DNA of 64,000 nt from Octopus sinensis. Lineage: Eukaryota. Shown one piece after another: positions 13,758 through 25,806 of this stretch. Within the stretch, counting starts at the first letter, position 1; the number at the start of each line of letters is the position of its first letter. The notes beneath the pieces are model-generated. The model saw only the letters and a program-made list of their open reading frames with translations. It had not been told where the DNA came from and ran no database searches. Location of the stretch: assembly GCF_006345805.1 (NCBI RefSeq), contig NC_043005.1, positions 44,082,001-44,146,000 of the forward strand, read 5' to 3'. The position numbers and the translations under genes are program-made.

Positions 13758-13947
13758 CCTACCTACCTACCTACCTACCTACCTACCTACCTACTTACCT
13801 ACCTACCTACCTACCTATCTATAAGAATTTGAACTCAGAATGTAAAGACAGATTAAGAACCACTATGCATTTTACCTGGCGTGCTAATGATTCTGCTAGC
13901 TCACAACCTTAATGATAATGATGATGATTATGATAATAATAATAATG

Positions 13948-13991
<44 letters not shown>

Positions 13992-14005
13992 TATAGTAAT
14001 AATAA
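13670..14005. repeat. (TATC)n grading to (TACC)n, and a separate (ATA)n run
   Basis: Directly visible. Confidence 0.9.
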
Positions 14006-14806
14006 TAATAATACAGATAAATAGCAATACAAACAGCCTTCAATTGCTAACGTCCCATAAGAACTATCCAGGCATCCTGAGTGACAGAGGTAAGTCCCAG
14101 ATTGGGAGCTACTGAAGTGTGGGAACTTATGACATTTGGGAGCTGTTGACATTTCCTTTGTTTGCAGTCCAAGATCTACATAATGAAGAATTCTCCCCTT
14201 CCAGATGTTGAATTAAATTCGTCAGTTCTAACAAGGAAGAGTGTGAAAGATACTAAATGAATGAGAAAATTGAAATGTTTTTGCAACGTGACAAATTTTG
14301 TTTCAACAGTTTCGAATGAATATTATTATGATTGACAGTTTCATTCTTCATAAACAAAACCCCTCATTCTATGTCCACCATCACTACCACAACCACAACC
14401 ACCAACACCAACACCACCAACACCACCAAAACCGACACTTAAAAAAAAGAAAAAAACTGAATTCACACTGAATCTACTGTTTTGTTAGTAACTTAAATAT
14501 TTTACACTGTTCATTGAGCATATCACAAGTATGTGTTTCTTAAATATATATTAGATTACTTGTTAGAGATAGCAAAGAGAATAGCAAATATTGAAAAAAC
14601 AAACAATTTGTCGATTTCACCTGACATACATTGATAGAGAAAAAAAAAGTAAAACTGACTGGCTGACTGCACAACCAAACAAATACACACATACACATGC
14701 ACACCTACATATATACATACATACTAATATACACATATATACACATACATACATATATATATATATAAGTATCTATCTATCTATATATATATATACATAC
14801 ATATAC

Positions 14807-14859
<53 letters not shown>

Positions 14860-15505
14860 ATATATATATACATATATATATACATACATACATACATGCT
14901 AGCATGGAAAACGGACGTTAAACGGTGATGATGATGATGATGATGATGTTGATGATGATGATGTTGATGATGATGATGATGATACATACACACCCACACA
15001 ATTATACATATATATACACATACATATACACATGCAAAAAATGTTTTTACTTCACATGAAAATACTCATAAAGGTATACAAACTTATGAGTGTTTGTGTG
15101 TGTGTATATACATATATAGGAGTGTATATATGTGCATGTGTGTGTGTGTGTATGTATGCATGCATGTGTGTGTGTGTTTCTGTGTGTGTGCGTGCACATA
15201 CCTTTACATGAACAGGTAAATGTATTTATTTATACATTAATACAACCAGGAAGCAGATTCTTGTTAAAGCTGTCGTGTAAAATTAACAAATTAAAGATAT
15301 GAACCAATTCTTATTGAAAATGTTGTTGCAATGAATAATTCTACTAGTTAATGTTAAAGGAAACTGAAGAACTGGTAAGAATCATTTGTGCATCAGACAC
15401 AAGGCCTTGTAGAATTTTTTCTAGTTCTGTTCTCTGGATTCAAACCCTACCATGATCAAGTTTGCTGTTGATCAAAAATAGCCAAAGACTAACCAAATAC
15501 TAGGG

Positions 15506-15536
<31 letters not shown>

Positions 15537-15929
15537 CTTCTTCTTCTTCTTCTTCTTCTCTTCTTCTTCTTCTTCTTCTTCTTCTTCTCTCTCCCTCACA
15601 CACACTCATTGAGCTGTGCAAAGGGTTATGGGGGACCACTCACAGCATCTTTTTCTCCAGAAAAGAAGAGATGAGTAAGCAAATATACTTGCTTTGAAGA
15701 CAAACCGATGTTACTGGAATTATACGAGAATGAACTGATGTCAAGGAATTTAAATAAAAGCTTGTTAATTGAATGTGAAAGAAATGCATTTACAACAGAA
15801 CTTGAGACTTTAACTAGCCTCAGACCACCATTGGTTCTGTTATATAAATTTCCTGTTTTAAACTGATCTAAACAAAAAAAATCTTCCATCAAAATTTCAT
15901 GCTAATTTTTGTTCCAAACAATAGATTAA

Positions 15930-16625
15930 TAATGGTTCCAAATTTTGGCACAAGGCCAGCAGTTTTGAGACAGTGATATAGCTGATTACATTGACCCCGG
16001 TGTTCAGCTGGTATTTTACCTCATTGACTTTGAAACGATGAAAAGCAAAGTCAACTTTGACAGAATTTGAATTCAGAATATGAAGTCAGAAGTATTGTCA
16101 CTATACATTTTGTCTTTCATAGTAACAATTCAGGGAGTTCACCACCTTAAAAATAAAAAAAAAAAATAAAAAAACACTTGATTGATATTAATTTCAAATT
16201 TTGGCCCAAAGTCAGCAAGTTCAGAGAGTGGATAAGTCAATTCTTTTCTACTGTAAGCACAAGGCCTGAAATTTGGGGGAAGGGGGCCAGTTGATTAGAT
16301 TGACCCCAGTATATAACTGGTACTTAATTTATCAACCCTGAAAGAATGAAAGGCAAAGTCAACCTCGGTGGCATTTGAACTCAGAATGTAAAGACAGATG
16401 AAAAACTGCTAAGCATTTCAACCAGTGTGCTAACAATTCTGCCAACTCACTGCCAAAAAATTGAACACAATCTTTACATTGACTCCAGTCTCCAACTGGT
16501 ACTTATTTTATCAACCCCTCAAGGATGAAAGGCAAAGGCAAATTTGAACTTAGAACTTAATGACTGATAAAATACTGCTATGCATTTTGCCCTGTGTGCT
16601 AGCGATTCTGTCAGCTTGCCATCCT
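15930..16625 (-). mobile_element. Cluster of ~3 SINE family B copies
   Basis: Repeated aaggcaaagtcaac...atttgaactcagaat...ctgccag blocks; reverse complement of 34738-34970. Confidence 0.8.
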
Positions 16626-16799
16626 ACACTAGATTAATAATGACCATTATTTTACTAAATTTTCCCTTATTTTCAAATTAATAGAAATGAAGGCAGTGTA
16701 TTTCAATAGAAATATGATAACAAAAGGGGTTAAAACTATATATATATATTGGTCACTGATTCTGTCCCCTGCCTTCCACCCTCTTTGATTCCCTCTCTC

Positions 16800-17250
16800 T
16801 CTGTCTCTCTTTCTCTCTCTCCTGCGACCTGCTGCTTCTTCAACCATTCTGTTGGCCTTCGTATCTCGACCAACATGTGTCCCCGCTACCGAAACGGTAA
16901 TTATTTCTACGCCAGCTGCTATGTTGTTGTTGTTTTGTCTCATTTGGTCTAAAGTCGTATGACAACCACCGTTATATATGTTTTGTTTTTTCATTACTGT
17001 TTTCAATTTCGTTTTCGTCTCTTGTATTCACATCCGTCTTGTGCGTTCACATTCCTGTCTTCTACCAAGAAATCTAATGCTTACAGCTTAGTTTTTTTTC
17101 TTGGGGCTGGCCGAGTTGGAGCAAATATCAGAATTGAACAGCCGAAATTTGCTATGATGATTCGGTGTCTGACTGAAGATTGAAGGCTTCGAATGATTTG
17201 TCTGTGTTCCGTGTTCGTCCCTTCCTGTATTTCACGTTCATTATATATAA
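16800..17250. promoter_or_regulatory. CpG-rich unique island, candidate promoter or first exon
   Basis: About 20 CpGs in ~420 bp of non-repetitive DNA in a CpG-poor window, preceded by a (CT)n tract; contains caacATG at 16875 and an ACG|GTAATT donor. Confidence 0.45.
16875..16896 (+). CDS. Candidate first coding exon (MCPRYRN, phase 1), product unknown
   Basis: AAC-ATG context and a GT donor at 16897 followed by T-rich intron-like DNA; no homology recognised. Confidence 0.2.
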
Positions 17251-17274
17251 AAACATTCATTCTTATATATATAT

Positions 17275-17325
<51 letters not shown>

Positions 17326-17567
17326 ATATATATATATACATATATATATATTATATATATATATATATATCAATTGAATTGATTTTATTGTTATCAATTT
17401 TAAAATATAACCACGAAACACGTGTAGTCTATTTACTGATTATATACTATTTATTATTAGTACTTTATTTAGTTGTAGGTAAATGTTTTATCATATCTTT
17501 AATTTTCCTCTATATGGTATGATTTAAGTATACCATTATTGAATCACTTCATGGTGGTTCTCCACTA

Positions 17568-17610
<43 letters not shown>

Positions 17611-17614
17611 ATGC

Positions 17615-17880
17615 AATAATATGTTACATTACTCGATAGTCAAGATAAAACTCTGAGTTTCAGATGCCGAAGTGGGAATCCACGACATCTCTTCGGTTAG
17701 CGTTTTCAAATAGCCAGATAACCAAAGAGATGTCATGGATTCCCACTTCGGCATCTGAAACTCAGAGTTTTATCTTGACTATTGAGTAATGTAACATATT
17801 ATTGTATAGATAAATTTCCTCTATTTACATAATATTGAGGTCTCTTTCTTTCTTTTGTTATCTTACCGTTTTACCAATAT
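17615..17880. mobile_element. Inverted pair of PLE-type terminal repeat fragments
   Basis: 85-bp arms at 17615-17699 and 17719-17803 with 3 mismatches; the right arm continues to ~17880 and matches 32305-32445 in reverse. Confidence 0.7.
17716..17775 (+). ncRNA. Type I hammerhead-like motif with a non-canonical core
   Basis: Stem I agataa/ttatct; core ccaaaga (ccgaaga in the mirror copy); stem II gatg/catc; GAAA; stem III ctc-a-gag; then UU. Confidence 0.4.
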
Positions 17881-18320
17881 ATATATATATATTTATATAT
17901 ATATGAATTATGAATTAGAGGTTATGCAACCATCTAAGGGACAAATGTATCAGTAAGCACTACTGGTGTATTACCTCACTATGTATAGACTGTGCTATAA
18001 GGTTAACAGTAATTTGAAAGGTAAACTGTGGTTTAATATATTCAGATAAGAAAAGAAACAGAGCAACAATTAACAATTAGAAGTTGATCATTGGTATTAA
18101 AAGGTCATAGTTTAATTATAGTCAAAATACATTTACAGTTGTTTCAGTATACCTAAAGATGTAGAGCTAAAAGAAGTGATTACAAAATTAACAGACTTAT
18201 CCACCGTTTATGATGGAAAGCCTTTTGCCTTTGCCTCTGATAAAGTCTAAATCATTCAGACAATGTTTGTTACATGGAACAAGATAAATGCAAGTTTACC
18301 TCAACAATAACAAACAGTTA

Positions 18321-18750
18321 GGCGCAGGAGTGGCTGTGTGGTAAGTAGCTTGCTAACCAGCCACATGGTTCTGGGTTCAGTCCCACTGCGTGGCATCTTG
18401 GGCAAGTGTCTTCTGCTATAGCCTCGGGCTGACCAAAGCCTTGTCAGTGGATTTGGTAGACGGAAACTGAAAGAAGCCTGTCGTATATATGTATATATAT
18501 ATATATATATATATTTGTATGCGTGTGTATATGTTTGTGTGTCTGTGTTTGTCCCTCTAGCATTGCTTGACAACCGATGATGGTGTGTTTACGTCTCCGT
18601 CACTTAGCAGTTCGGCAAAAGAGACCGATAGAATAAGTACTGGGCTTACAAAGAATAAGTCCCAGGGTCGATTTGCTCGACTAAAGGCGGTGCTCCAGCA
18701 TGGCCGCAGTCAAAAGACTGAAACAAGTGAAAGAGTAAAAGAGTAAGAGA
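18321..18750 (+). mobile_element. Full-length tRNA-derived SINE, family A
   Basis: Box A (tggctgtgtggt) and box B (gggttcagtcc), internal (TA)/(TG) tract, and 3' tail gaaacaagtgaaagagtaaaagag. Confidence 0.9.
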
Positions 18751-18906
18751 GTTGTAAATGTCATTTTAACTATAATTAAACTATGACAATTTAATACCAA
18801 TGATCAACTTCTAATTGTTAATTGTTGCTCCATTTATTTTCTTATCTATATATATGCATATATAGATCATCATCATGATCTATAAATAATATATAAATAT
18901 ATGCAT

Positions 18907-19745
18907 CGTTTGCCAGCTCTGTCTGGCCTCCGTGCCGGTGACACGTAAAAGCACCATCCGTTCGTGGCCGTTTGCCAGCTCTGTCTGGCCCCCGTGCCGG
19001 TGACACGTAAAAGCACCATCCGTTCGTGGCCATTTGCCAGCCCTGTCTGGCCCCCATGTCGGTGACATGTAAAAGCACCATCCGTTTGTGGCCGTTTGCC
19101 AGCCCTGTCTGGCCCCCATGCCGGTGACATGTAAAAGCACCATCCGTTCGTGTCCGTTTGCCAGCCCTGTCTGGCACCCATGTCGGTGACATGTAAAAGC
19201 ACCATCCATTCGTGTCCATTGCCAGCCTCGCCTGGCCCCCATGCCGGTGACACGTAAAAGCACCATCCGTTTCGTGGCCGTTTGCCAGCTCTGTCTGGTC
19301 CCCATGTTGGTGGCACGTAAAAGCACCATCCGTTCGTGTCCGTTGCCAGCCTCGTCTGGCCCCCGTGCCGGTGACACGTAAAAGCACCATCCGTTTCGTG
19401 GCCGTTTGCCAGCTCTGTCTGGTCCCCATGTTGGTGCACGTAAAAGCAACCATCCGTTCGTGTCCGTTGCCAGCCTCGCCTGGCCCCGTGCCGGTGACAG
19501 TAAAAGCACCATCCGTTCATGGCCGTTTGCCAGCTCTGTCTGGCACCTGTGCAGGTGGCACGTAAAAGCACCCACTACACTCACGGAGTGGTTGGCGTTA
19601 GGAAGGCATCCAGCCGTAGAAACACTGCCAGATCTGACTGGGCCTGAATGAAGCCTTCCAGCTTCACAGACCTCAGTTGAACCGTCCAACCCATGCTAGC
19701 ATGGAGAACGGACGCTAAATGATGATGATGATGATGATGATGATG
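18907..19745 (+). mobile_element. SINE family C carrying an 11-copy ~62-bp minisatellite
   Basis: Unit cgtttgccagctctgtctggcccccgtgccggtgacacgtaaaagcaccatccgttcgtggc repeated ~11 times, then the family C body and a (GAT)n tail. Confidence 0.9.
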
Positions 19746-20260
19746 TACATACCTACACGTATATGTATATTTATACATGCATATATGGGTACAGGACTTC
19801 AAAAAAACGTTGAACACAATGGGAAACAAAAACATAAAAACAAAAACATAGAAAATGAACTATGAAACGAGACATGCAACATAAAGAATATTCCCCTTCT
19901 TCAGTTGTCCCTGTTTCATCTACTCTGCATTACGAAGGCAAGGACAAGACACAACTTCGATGAAACAGTCCTTCCCAGAAAGCAAATTAAATAAAATTTG
20001 GGATATTTTGCAGAGGGTGAAAGTGGTGATAAGAACAGGACAGTGAGAGCAAAACAGTAAAAACAAACTGTGAGGGCTGTTAAGCCAAGGCGATAGAAAA
20101 ATTATTATGAATGCTAGGATGATGAGCTTATGAAGGAGACAGTATAAGCACGTTTTGTCTTTACAAAGGTAGTGGGCAGAAAGATAGATTCTCTTTCGTC
20201 ACGTGTCAGTGACAAGAGAATTGAGGAGGAGGAGTGAGAGAGAGGGAACAGTGAAGAGGA

Positions 20261-20334
<74 letters not shown>

Positions 20335-20437
20335 CTCACTGGTAGGTACCTTCACAAGACTTTTCTTTTATTCTAGCCCTGGGCTGACCAAGCCTTGTGA
20401 CTGGATTTCATAGATGTAGTCTAAAAGAAGCCTGCTA

Positions 20438-20480
<43 letters not shown>

Positions 20481-20859
20481 ATACCCAACTAATACTAACA
20501 TAAAGAGCAGCTGTTAAAATGGCGATGGTAATGATGAGTATGTGTGTGTATGCATGCATATATATTTGATGAGACAGGGTTATCTATTATTAAATACATA
20601 CCTTAGTAAAGATTTCATCACATAATATCTGACACAGTGTATATATTTATAGGGTATTCATCACACTTTAGTACAAACTTGTATTAAGTATTTTAATGTT
20701 TGCCTATGTAAACAATAACACACATGCATGCATGAATATGCACGTACATACACACATGCATGCATATGCACATTCACTCACTCACAACACAAATCCTATG
20801 AAAGAGCCTTTGTTACTTTGTTGCCAGCTACTTCTATTTTGAAATATAGATTCATATAT

Positions 20860-21306
20860 TCATATTCACATGTGTGTGTGTGTATGTGTGTATGTGTGTG
20901 TGTGTCTGCATCTGTGTATGTTTGTGCGTGTGTGTGTGTCTGTGTATATTTGTGTGTGTGTGTGAGTGTCTGTGTATGTGCCTGTGTCTGTGTATGTGTA
21001 TTATGTGTCTGTGCGTGAGTGTGAGTGTGCATACATACTTGCTTGCATACACATATATATATATGCATGTATGAATGTTTGCATGTATGCATGTATGTAT
21101 GCATGTATGCATGTATGTATATGTATGCATGTATGTATGCATGTATATATGTATATGTATGCATGTATGTATATGTATGCATGTGTGTATGTATGTATGT
21201 ATGTATGTATGTATGTATGTATGTATGCATGTGTGTGTGTATGTATGTATGTATGTAAGTATGTATGTATGTATGTATGTATGTATGTGTGTATGTATGT
21301 ATGTAT
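20860..21306. repeat. (GT)n and (TATG)n microsatellite block
   Basis: Directly visible. Confidence 0.9.
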
Positions 21307-21849
21307 ATCCCCTAAATCCAACAGTGCAATTTACATCATCCCTACTTCATATATCACACTTGAATAATTGGTTATTAGCTTGGAATAACTTGGACATAGT
21401 TCCTTTATTATTAATTGAGAATGTATTTAAATTCTTACCATAAAAGAAACCACATAGAATTATATATAGTCACATACTTCTATGCCCTAAAGAAAGATAG
21501 GTTTACTTAAGCCATCTTCAAAACTACAAAGATTAACTTGATGTCATGTGCTAGGCTCTGTGTTATGAATACAGTGTCATTGTAAAGAGCAAGAATCTGC
21601 TCTCCCATGGTGTGCAGAACAGTAGCTTACATATTTGGTGTCCAAGCCTGCCTGTACATTTTGGCACAAGGTCAGCAATTTTGAAGGAGGGAATAAATCA
21701 AGTACACTGCCTCCAGTACTCAAATGATGAAAGGCCAAGTTGACCATGGCAGAATTTGAACTCAGAATATAAGGACAGATGAAATGCCACTAAGCATTTT
21801 GCCTGTTACAATGAGGTACATGTTGATGCAAAGAAGATTCAGTCAGAAT

Positions 21850-23330
21850 GTGTGGAGGACGCAGTATCAGAGGGGTTGAATAAATGTAGAAAGAAATAAG
21901 TATTAGAAGAAGGGAAGTAAGAAGAAAAAGAATATAAGGGAGTGAGAGGAAGGAGGAGCAGGGGGAGGTCAGTTGACTGGTTGTAGATAGTATAGTGGTT
22001 TTAGCTGAATCACAGAATTTAGTAATGGGATTGGTACTAGAAGAAAAGATAAATTGGAGGGGAGAAGGTGAGGAAATATCTTAGGTCATAAGGGAGAAAG
22101 AAAGTGTGTATGAATAAAGCAAGGTAGGGTTAGGAATTTAAGCCTGGCTAGATGGTTGTTGGTAGTCAAAGGGTTTTTATGGCAGCGGTGAGCTGGCAGC
22201 CATTATGTTCTGAGTTCAAATTCAGGTGTTAGCATTGGCATTATAATTGTAGTTAGTTTTGTTAAGGGGGTCAGAAGGTGCATTGGGTTTATTATGTATG
22301 GAGTTGGGGGTTATGGTGAATTAAATTACTAGGGTGGAGGTTAGCTGTTGGTAGATTTTGGAGATTTTTGTTGTTAAGATTTCGGATAACTCCGGCAATG
22401 TTGGTGGTGGAGTAGGATAATTTTATAGATTGGGGGATAAATATTTTTCTAAGGGGGTTAGATTTAGGGAAATGTTTTTTGAGCAGGGCAAAGAAGAGTT
22501 TGGGTACTCAAGTCTGGATGTTAAGTCTGAAGTGGGGTGGAAACAGATGACATCTTGGGTTTTAGTTGGTTTAATCCGATTAGGGGCTTACCTGAGTAGA
22601 GATAGGGTTTTGGAGGTGTATGTTGATGTCTGTTTTGGTGGGTTGTGGTGTATATAGGATTAGGGGTATGAGGTAGGAGGTCGTTTGCTACTCCAATATT
22701 TGGATGGATATGAGAGCGGTGGGGTAGGGTAGGATTTATGCTTATAATATGGGGGTTAGGAACTGGATTTTGCTCTGGGTTTAGTTGAGAGAAGAATGTC
22801 TCACAAGGGCATGTATTCAACTGAGTGTTTATATCCAACATGTTGTAGGGCACAGTTGTATTATTCAGCATATTGATTGAATAAATCTTGATTAGCAGTT
22901 AATGAGATCTGGTAGGACATACTTTCTACAGTAGACTTTAGGATGAAGTGGGTGGAGAAGAAGTTCATGTGGTGGAGGTTTTTACCCTAGGTTTGTGGTA
23001 TGGATAGAAGGTTTAGTTTTGTAAGTCTAGGGTAATGTCTAAGAAATTAGCCGTTTTGATGTTGTTACCGAAAGAGATGTTGAGGCCAATGTTTTTAAAG
23101 AAGCTTCTTAATCTTTTTTAGTTGTTCGATTGTCCAGTTAATAGAATTTTGCATAGTGAACAGAGAGTCATCTCTGTATAGACCACCGGAGATGTTGGGA
23201 GATTGTTCATGGAAAGTGTTAACTAGGTAGAGTTCAATAAGGTCAGTAACTTGGACGAAGTCACTGGCTCCCATAGGGATGTTAAAAATATTGGGTGTAT
23301 CTTTGCAGGCCCAGGATTTCCCATGGTAAA
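21850..23330 (-). mobile_element. Penelope-like element, decayed reverse transcriptase region
   Basis: Minus-strand translation: FNIPMGASDFVQVTDLIELYL...GGLYRDDSL...NFLDITLDL...YPYHKP and LKKHFPKSNPLRKIF...IKLSYS, matching PLE RT core (YRDD) and thumb motifs; stops and frameshifts present; a SINE B fragment interrupts near 22185-22240. Confidence 0.85.
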
Positions 23331-23873
23331 ATATATTTTAGCAGACTGCTAATATAATATCAATGTGTGTGTGTGGTGTGTGTGTGTGTATACGTGTATG
23401 TGCATGTGTGTGCGCGTGTGTGTGTGTGTGCGTGTGCGAGAGAGAGAGAGAGTGTGTGTTTATGTTTGTGTCTTTTTGTTTTGATATTTCGTAATAATTA
23501 TAAATTAATGTCACTGTCATAGAATCAGTGTCGTTCATTTCCAATATTTCTGCAGAAACATGTCTTCCATGAGAAAATATTACCTCTTGCTTGGAAACAG
23601 GTAAAGGCTGGCAACAGAAAGGATACCTGGGTATAGAAAATATGCTTCAATATATTCTATCCAGCGTATGCAACCATGGAAAAGTGGACCTTAAAATAAT
23701 GATGATAATGTAGAGTGGCAATAATATAAGTGATTGCAATTGGAAAAAAAAAAAGAAAATTAGTTTGATTTGTTCATCTCTGTTATTATATGAAAGTGAC
23801 ACTGTTAAGTGATTTACTTATAAATCTTTGTACTATGGGATGAATACTAGAATATGGTAAACTTTAATTAACA

Positions 23874-24265
23874 CTACCAGTATCACCTGGCGTTACTCGG
23901 GTTTCTTTCAACCCTTTAGAATTGGAATTTTTGAAAAGTAAAAATTTTGCATTATGTAGCTTGTTATTCTCTTTAAGTAAACATTTTTCTGGTTGAAGTA
24001 CACCAAAAAATGGTGACACAGCAGTCAAAAAATCGTAAAAAATAGGAATTTTCATAGAAAAAAAGCACCTTTTTGATGTAAATAATTTTTGGTGTTAACA
24101 TGGTCTGATTTGAATTTTTTCTTCTACAGAAGGAAGAACAAGCCTTCTTCTATCATACTCTTAATTTTGGTCAACTTGTGCCGCGGGGTCTCGGAGGAGA
24201 TAGTGTTAGTTGAAGGCTACCAAACCTGCCAAACACAGACAACTTCAGCTTTGTATATAGAGAGA
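23874..24265 (-). mobile_element. Non-autonomous Helitron
   Basis: 5' end A|TCTCTCTATATAC and 3' end cccgagtaacgccaggtgatactgGTAG|T; the 3' end resembles the terminus at 627-654. Confidence 0.7.
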
Positions 24266-25740
24266 TTATAAAATAAATGACTTGTTAAGATATAAAATTA
24301 TATTCTGTATATAAAATGATGAACTGCCAGAGTCATTAGAGTCTTACAGTATTCTTTGAATCTTTGCATGCTGGGTTCAAATTCCACAGAGGCCATCTTT
24401 GCCCTTGGACTCAATATGATACCAGTCAATGGCAGAGGACTGATGGAATTGTTACAGTATCTGAGAAGATGTTTCATGGTATTTATTTTGATTCTGTGTA
24501 GATGCCTAAAAAGCGACCCCCACCCACTACCAACTTGCAAGCTTAGTAAAGGCCTGCAATTTATAGGGGCAAAATAGTGTCCATAAATTTGAGAAGGTGT
24601 AGGAGCAGAGATGTCCTCCAGTTGGAGTACAATAATAGTGCAGAAAATAATTAGTGCAGAAAATGCCTGATATAGATAAATCATGTAAAATTGTATAAAT
24701 GGTACACCCTAAATATATATTCATTAGCTTGACAAAGGAAAAAGTGACTAATACATATTGTCATGTGTTTATTATTCCAGCTTTTCAAAATGTGACAGGA
24801 AATACAGAAATATAGAAACTTTTTGTGTAAAACATAATCATAGAATTATGAAGACAGACACGGAATAATGGCTTGTTTCTACAATGTTGTTATATCAAAA
24901 CATTTTATATTTAACTATTTTAAGTCTCCCTTCTATGTCCTTACATCAAATTGTGAATTATACTGTAAGTGGCATAACCATTTCTATTGGCAAGAGAATA
25001 CAAGAAGAAGATTTATTTTGGGTTGATTTGCATATGAAAAGGAAATAAGGAATAAATCTTCTTTAATTGACATATGTTTGACTTTTTACTCTTATGAATA
25101 AGTGGGGAAATTCATTCTCTTGCAACACCATGGATTTTTAAAAAATATTTATTCATTTTATTATTTTGCAAATTCATACATTAAAATATAATGAGGATAT
25201 TTCAACCATATTCAATGAAATTAAAATAAGAAAGAAGTTTTCAAGTAAAAAGACAAAAATTTTTAAAATAAAAGAAATTTCTGATGTATGATAAAATATT
25301 TGAATCAAAGAATAGAAATAAAGAAAAGATTCAAGCAGTTTTTAATACTAATTACCAAGAAACAGTAAAACTGCTCTCAGTAGTCATAATCAACAGTTCA
25401 GTAGTGTTTTAAGAATAAGCAGCCTAACTCTGCAAATACTGTTATCTGTTCTGTAGTTTGTTTCATCTTGCCATATGTCAAATTCATATCAATATATTAA
25501 AAGACAGGAAAATATCTGTCCAAAAAACTAGCAATTCTTAATTCTCCATGAAAAGAAATGCAACCAAAATTCAGATGGACTGATAAAAAGATGAGTTTTG
25601 ATGTTATAATTAAAAAAGGCGATGAAGTTTGCAAAGATAAAATATTAAAATCAGGATTTATAAAATGGGAGATAATAATTTAAACCTGATTTAGAAAGCC
25701 AATGAAGACTGTAACAGCCACAGAAAGAGTAGAAAACAAT

Positions 25741-25806
<66 letters not shown>

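Noticed and set aside
18321-18400. tRNA genes
   Set aside because: The box A/B motifs belong to SINE heads; no complete cloverleaf was seen.
18842-19689. Three 203-269 aa minus-strand ORFs as a repeat protein
   Set aside because: All three frames are open only because the 62-bp unit has no minus-strand stop; the frames swap peptide motifs at each unit.
20796-21443. YI/HT/CMYV-repeat ORFs throughout the window
   Set aside because: They derive from di- and tetranucleotide microsatellites.
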